Part shown: piece by piece, positions 60,043 through 64,000 of the stretch
Layout of the letters: every line of letters begins with the position of its first letter
Position numbering within the stretch: position 1 is the first letter of the stretch
Origin: an uncultured bacterium
GTDB lineage: Bacteria; Verrucomicrobiota; Verrucomicrobiia; Verrucomicrobiales; DEV007
Assembly: GCA_963977015.1 (NCBI GenBank)
Contig: CAXBMO010000005.1
Span: forward strand, 192,001 to 256,000
DNA: 64,000 bases
Direction of reading: 5' to 3'
The notes under the pieces: generated by a model
Told to the model about the DNA's origin: nothing
Databases searched by the model: none
What the model saw: the letters and a program-made list of their open reading frames with translations, nothing else
Translations under genes and position numbers: made by a program

Positions 60043-60393
60043 TCAGCTTTTGGCCCGTATCGCGAACCAGAGCCAACCCGCCAGGAATGCGACGCCTCCA
60101 ATTGGGGTAATCGCTCCAAAAATCGCGGCCCCGGTCAGGCAATACAGGTAGAGACATCCGCTGAAGACCAGAATTCCGACGGCCAGGCAAATCCATGGAC
60201 CTTTCGGAACGGATTCTGCTCGCCATGCGATTGCAAAAAGAGCAACCGCATGAATCAAATGATAGTGGCTCGCCGTTTCCCAGAATTCGATCCGACTGAA
60301 GATTTCCGCGTGTTTCTCCAATCCATGTGCGCCAAAAGCGCCAAGAGCGATTGCAAGAAAGGCGAGAATGGCGGAGATGCGAGTGTAGTTCAT
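60043..60393 (-). CDS. DUF423 family membrane protein
   Basis: ALGAFGAHGL, WETA..YH..HA, FSG.LY, GAITPIGG..FL.GW. Confidence 0.92.
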   Translation of the reverse strand: MNYTRISAILAFLAIALGAFGAHGLEKHAEIFSRIEFWETASHYHLIHAVALFAIAWRAESVPKGPWICLAVGILVFSGCLYLYCLTGAAIFGAITPIGGVAFLAGWLWFAIRAKS

Positions 60394-60428
60394 CCTCCCA
60401 ATGTTAAGCTGAAATTTGTCACCACAAC

Positions 60429-61391
60429 ATGAATTCCCGAATCGCTTATCTCGACTCCGCCACGCTTGATGCTGGCGACATCGACTTTTCTCCGCTCGAA
60501 GCCCTCGGCGACCTCACGCTCCACGGCGTCACCAAACCGGAAGAACGCCTTCCGCGTTGCCTGGAGGCCGACATCGTCTTGGTCAACAAAGCCGTCCTCG
60601 ATCGCGAAATCCTGGAAGCGTGCCGGGACAACCTCAAGTTCATCGTCGTCACCGCAACCGGCACCAACAACCTCGATCTCCAGGCCGCCCGCGAACTCAA
60701 GATCCCCGTCAGCAACGTGAGCGGCTACTCCACCGAAGGCGTCGCCCAGCACACCCTGGCAATGATCCTCAATCTCGCCACCAACGTCCACCGTTTCGCC
60801 GCCGAACCCGAAGAGTGGGCAAAGTCGCCCATGTTCACCCGGCTCGACTACCCCATCATCGAACTGGCGGGCAAAACCCTTGGAATCGTCGGCTTGGGAA
60901 CCATCGGAAAACGCGTCGCCGCCCTCGGCAAAGCCCTCGGCATGAAAGTCATCGCCCTCGGCCGGGAAGGCGCCAGCTTTGAAGGCGAAGTCCCGAGGCT
61001 GCCTCACAACTCCTTCTTCGCCAATGCCGATTTCGTCACCCTTCACTGTCCGCTCACTCCGCTCAACGAACGCTTCATCAACGCAGAAACCCTGCAGCTC
61101 ATGAAGCCGGGCAGCTTCCTCATCAACACCGGGCGCGGCCAACTGATCGACGAAACCGCCCTGCTCGAAGCTCTCAAGAGCGGTCACCTCGGCGGCGCTG
61201 GATTGGACGTCCTCAGCGCGGAACCACCTGCCGAAGGCCATCCACTCCTCGATTCGAGCATCCCCAACCTCTTCGTCACGCCTCACACCGCCTGGGCATC
61301 CTATGAATCCCGAATTCGCCTCCTGGACGCCGTCTGCGAAAACATCCGCTCCTTCCAAGCAGGTGGCGAAATCCTCAGTCGCGTCGCCTGA
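60429..61391 (+). CDS. D-2-hydroxyacid dehydrogenase (glycerate dehydrogenase-like)
   Basis: ATGTNNLD, GIVGLGTIG, LHCPLT, INTGRG, AGLDVLS.EP, TPHTAW. Confidence 0.93.
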   Translation: MNSRIAYLDSATLDAGDIDFSPLEALGDLTLHGVTKPEERLPRCLEADIVLVNKAVLDREILEACRDNLKFIVVTATGTNNLDLQAARELKIPVSNVSGYSTEGVAQHTLAMILNLATNVHRFAAEPEEWAKSPMFTRLDYPIIELAGKTLGIVGLGTIGKRVAALGKALGMKVIALGREGASFEGEVPRLPHNSFFANADFVTLHCPLTPLNERFINAETLQLMKPGSFLINTGRGQLIDETALLEALKSGHLGGAGLDVLSAEPPAEGHPLLDSSIPNLFVTPHTAWASYESRIRLLDAVCENIRSFQAGGEILSRVA

Positions 61392-61406
61392 CAATCGTCA
61401 AGGAGA

Positions 61407-61424
61407 GGCGACAATCCTGTCGCC
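61407..61424. repeat. Short hairpin, possible GGAG-type REP unit or terminator
   Basis: GGCGACA-ATCC-TGTCGCC preceded by GGAGA, between convergent genes. Confidence 0.45.
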
Positions 61425-61436
61425 AACCTTTGAATG

Positions 61437-61737
61437 CTATTGCTTTACGTTTCTTCTCCAGGATTGCGGCTTTCGACTTTGGTGAAAGACCGAAACAATG
61501 ATTACCTCCTCGTCACCCACAATCGTGTAGATGAGAGTGTATGGAAATCCGTCGCAGGTTGCTACGACGGTAATCATCCGCAATCTTCGCCCAAGCTTCT
61601 GGGTAATGAAGAATTCTCCCGATAGCCGCATCAACCTCATCGATGAAATCTGCTCCCAATCCCATCACCCTCTCGTCGTAAAACTCGGCCGCATCCTCGA
61701 GTTCCTGAAGCGCAGGGGAGAGGAAGCGATAGTTCAT
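61437..61737 (-). pseudogene. RelE/ParE-family toxin, frameshifted
   Basis: MNYRFLSPALQELEDAAEFYD...LGADF..EV..AI.RI..YPEAW...RRSNLRR continues as FPYTLIY....IIVSVFHQSRKPQSW in another frame; one extra base near 61548. Confidence 0.88.
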
Positions 61738-61958
61738 TTGGCGAACTTGGAACGGAGCTCAGCCATCGCCCGGGTGCCGTCAATAGCGGCAATCTCTCCA
61801 TCGCGAAAAGCCTTCATCCGATCATCCGCCTCCTGAATCCACGCTTCTGTAATCTCTGAAGGTGTCATTGAAAGGCTCTCCAGCAGGCGATCCGCCAAAA
61901 CCGCCCTCTCTGTATCAGAGAGTTGCAATGCTTCCTTTTCAATAATTGCGTGATCCAT
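61734..61958 (-). CDS. Addiction-module antitoxin
   Basis: EALQLS..ERA.LA..LLESL......AW..EA..R.....G pattern; ATGA overlap with the toxin start. Confidence 0.88.
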   Translation of the reverse strand: MDHAIIEKEALQLSDTERAVLADRLLESLSMTPSEITEAWIQEADDRMKAFRDGEIAAIDGTRAMAELRSKFAK

Positions 61959-62142
61959 TTCAGGAAAATGCTAGTGCACCACCAAGTCAATTTCAAACGG
62001 AACACCGTCCGCAACTCCTTCAGAGCTGTCGGACATGACGTTTTCAAATACCCAAGGTAACATCGCTTCGCCTTTGCCCCCTTGTGTTCATGCAATCCTT
62101 GCCTCAAATCTCTGTTCGGATCAGCCAAACTCCGGGACCTTT

Positions 62143-62775
62143 TCACCGTTCGTTCCAACCTTTCCCTTCAAAGATCTTGGGCCTGCATTTTTCGATTCGC
62201 GCGGACCTGGTTTTGGACTGTTTGGCGGATGAGAAGTGGAGGAGGTAGCCTCGTTGACGACCCGGTGTGAGGGCGGCAAAGGCGGTTTCGAAGTCGGGAT
62301 GTGTTTTGAAGGCTGAGATCAGCTCTTCCGGATATTCCAACGGCGGATCCTCGGGTGACTCCATCTTTTCGCCGGCGTCTTCGAGTTCGATGGCCTGTTG
62401 AATGAAGCTAAGAATCGCATCCTTTCGTGAGTCAATCGCTTGTTCATCCGTGAAACGGAGATAGCGAGCGAATCGGGAATTTTCACCAGGCTTTTCCAGG
62501 AGTTTCTGGGGATCCTTCAATTGTGCCCCTCGGAAGAATGAAAGGACAACGCTCTCTTTCAGTGCGCTCAGCATCAAAACGTTTTTGCCATGATGCGTGT
62601 AGCATGGCGCGCTCCATTTTAGCGTCTCAGCCAACCCGGATTGTTGCACGATGTCTCGCAGCAGGTGGAGTTCGCGAACCCAGGAATTCACTTTGCATTG
62701 GGGAGTTCCTCCGAGTTCACATCGGCCACAACCGCTTTCCAGATAATGATCGACGTTTTCGGGTTTGATCGGCAT
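62143..62775 (-). CDS. YdeI/OmpD-associated family protein
   Basis: GCGRC....TP.CKV..W, LKWSAPCY, LLEKPGENS, FAALTPGRQRGY, AKQSKTR..RIEK. Confidence 0.9.
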   Translation of the reverse strand: MPIKPENVDHYLESGCGRCELGGTPQCKVNSWVRELHLLRDIVQQSGLAETLKWSAPCYTHHGKNVLMLSALKESVVLSFFRGAQLKDPQKLLEKPGENSRFARYLRFTDEQAIDSRKDAILSFIQQAIELEDAGEKMESPEDPPLEYPEELISAFKTHPDFETAFAALTPGRQRGYLLHFSSAKQSKTRSARIEKCRPKIFEGKGWNER

Positions 62776-62827
62776 GGGTCATTAGAAGGGACGGGCCAAT
62801 CCGCGTTCCAGCGCCGTCAAACGCGGC

Positions 62828-63544
62828 TTATTCTTCGGTCACGTTGACCCGAAACCGACGGGAATTGAGCCATTGAACGCCAAACATGTCTTCCGTTGCG
62901 GGTTTGGCGCGTTTGAGGCCTCCGCCGTACTTGCTGTCGCCGTGCTTGCGGGCTCGGTGATTGACGGGCTGCTCAATAACGTTGAATCCGGCACTTTTGA
63001 TCAATGCCGGGATAAAACGATGCATGCCGGTGAAGGGCACGAGGGCTTCGCGGCATTCGCGGCGCATGACTTTGAGGCTGCAGCCGGTATCGCGGACTCC
63101 ATCCCCGGTGAAGCGGCTGCGGACACCGTTGGCGATGCGACTTTGCATCCGCTTAAAGGCGGTGTCTTTGCGATTGGCGCGGTAGCCACAGACGAGATCG
63201 GCGTTCTCGGTTTCGAGAGCGGCCATCAACTTGGCAATGTCGTTGGGGTCGTTCTGAAGATCGCCATCGATGAGGGCGATGAGTTCGCCCTTGGCCCGCA
63301 TCATGCCTTCGTACATGGCGGCGCTTTGGCCGGTGTTCTTGTCGAGACGCAGGACGCGAACACGCTCGCCCTTCCGGATGCGTTCGACAGTCGCGTCGGA
63401 AGAACCATCATCGACGAGGACGAGTTCGTAGTCGATCCCGTCGAGAACCTCGCTGACTTCCTGCTGCATGGGCTCGACGTTGTCCTCCTCATTGTAGAGG
63501 GGAACGACGAGAGAAAGTTTGGGGCTGTGTGAGACTTCGGACAC
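62828..63544 (-). CDS. Glycosyltransferase family 2 (polyprenol-phosphate glycosyltransferase-like)
   Basis: LSLVVPLYNEE, VDDGS.D.T, N.GQSAA, DGDLQNDP.DI, DTGCSLK, HRFIP, HR.R..G.SKY. Confidence 0.92.
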   Translation of the reverse strand: MSEVSHSPKLSLVVPLYNEEDNVEPMQQEVSEVLDGIDYELVLVDDGSSDATVERIRKGERVRVLRLDKNTGQSAAMYEGMMRAKGELIALIDGDLQNDPNDIAKLMAALETENADLVCGYRANRKDTAFKRMQSRIANGVRSRFTGDGVRDTGCSLKVMRRECREALVPFTGMHRFIPALIKSAGFNVIEQPVNHRARKHGDSKYGGGLKRAKPATEDMFGVQWLNSRRFRVNVTEE

Positions 63545-63600
63545 GCCGGGCCAGAATGGAGTGATTTAGGCGCGTCGCAAGCGATGATTTCGCCGGGCGA

Positions 63601-64000
63601 TCAATCCACGCGGATGAGTTTCTCGCTGGAAGGATCAGCTGGACCGACCTTGCCGATGATGGCCTGACACAGAGCACTTTCTTCCTCGAGAATCCTTAGA
63701 ACAGCGTCGAGATTCGCCTCAGGAACGGCGCAAACGAGTCCGCCACTGGTTTGAGCGTCGGCCAGGATGAACTTCATCGCATCACTGACGGAGTCGCCCC
63801 ACGTCATGAATGGCTCGACCGTGCGGAGGTTTTCCTTGGTTCCGCCGGGGACACATTCTTCCTCCTCGACGAGACGCAGGATCTCAGGATCGATCAGCGG
63901 AATGTCGGCAGCGGAGAGGGTGATGGTGGTTCCACTGGATGCGCAGAGCGATTTGAGATGACCGAGTAAGCCGAATCCGGTGACGTCGGTGGCGCACTTG
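63601..64000 (-). CDS. selD: Selenide, water dikinase, C-terminal part (gene starts beyond the window)
   Basis: Hand translation from the window end: KCATDVTGFGLLGHL...VPGGTKEN...LADAQTSGGLV; DVTGFGLLGH and DAQTSGGL are SelD signatures. Confidence 0.92.
   Translation of the reverse strand, partial: KCATDVTGFGLLGHLKSLCASSGTTITLSAADIPLIDPEILRLVEEEECVPGGTKENLRTVEPFMTWGDSVSDAMKFILADAQTSGGLVCAVPEANLDAVLRILEEESALCQAIIGKVGPADPSSEKLIRVD

Noticed and set aside
1-64000. CRISPR array, rRNA, intact transposase or prophage
   Set aside because: No regularly spaced short repeats or diagnostic genes seen.

Overview
Chromosomal window from a GC-rich PVC-superphylum bacterium, most likely Verrucomicrobiota. 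This is inferred from a DUF1501/PSD1 cytochrome-c pair, a LEPR-xLL giant protein, a sulfatase, a PQQ-like propeller and tRNAs without encoded CCA. About 37% of the window is one 23,964-bp gene (23550..47513, minus strand, 7987 aa) for a giant surface protein. It has an N-terminal LEPR-xLL motif, a metzincin-like site and a long beta-helix scaffold. Globular modules are inserted inside scaffold repeats: three LamG-like domains at the same repeat position, three Ig repeats nested inside the third LamG, a beta-sandwich inside a cadherin/VCBS-like repeat, and a lectin-like block. Other notable loci: (i) the start of a probable MoxR-vWA-beta-propeller ternary conflict operon at the left edge; (ii) a ~0.9-kb islet bounded by a 201-bp duplication of the pfkA 3' end, holding an orphan secreted gene, a REP-like doublet and a decayed aspartokinase fragment; (iii) bfd-bfr preceded by two TGAGAC-N3-GTCTCA palindromes; (iv) a membrane-anchored ParA-like ATPase with an overlapping non-ParB partner; (v) a RelE/ParE toxin-antitoxin pair with a frameshifted toxin; (vi) the 3' part of selD followed by a GT2 gene. 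The rest is housekeeping or catabolic: tRNA-Cys, tRNA-Pro, two phosphofructokinases, folD, gmd-fcl, a DEAD-box helicase, PhoD and Skp. All family calls come from recognising motifs by eye; no searches were run.
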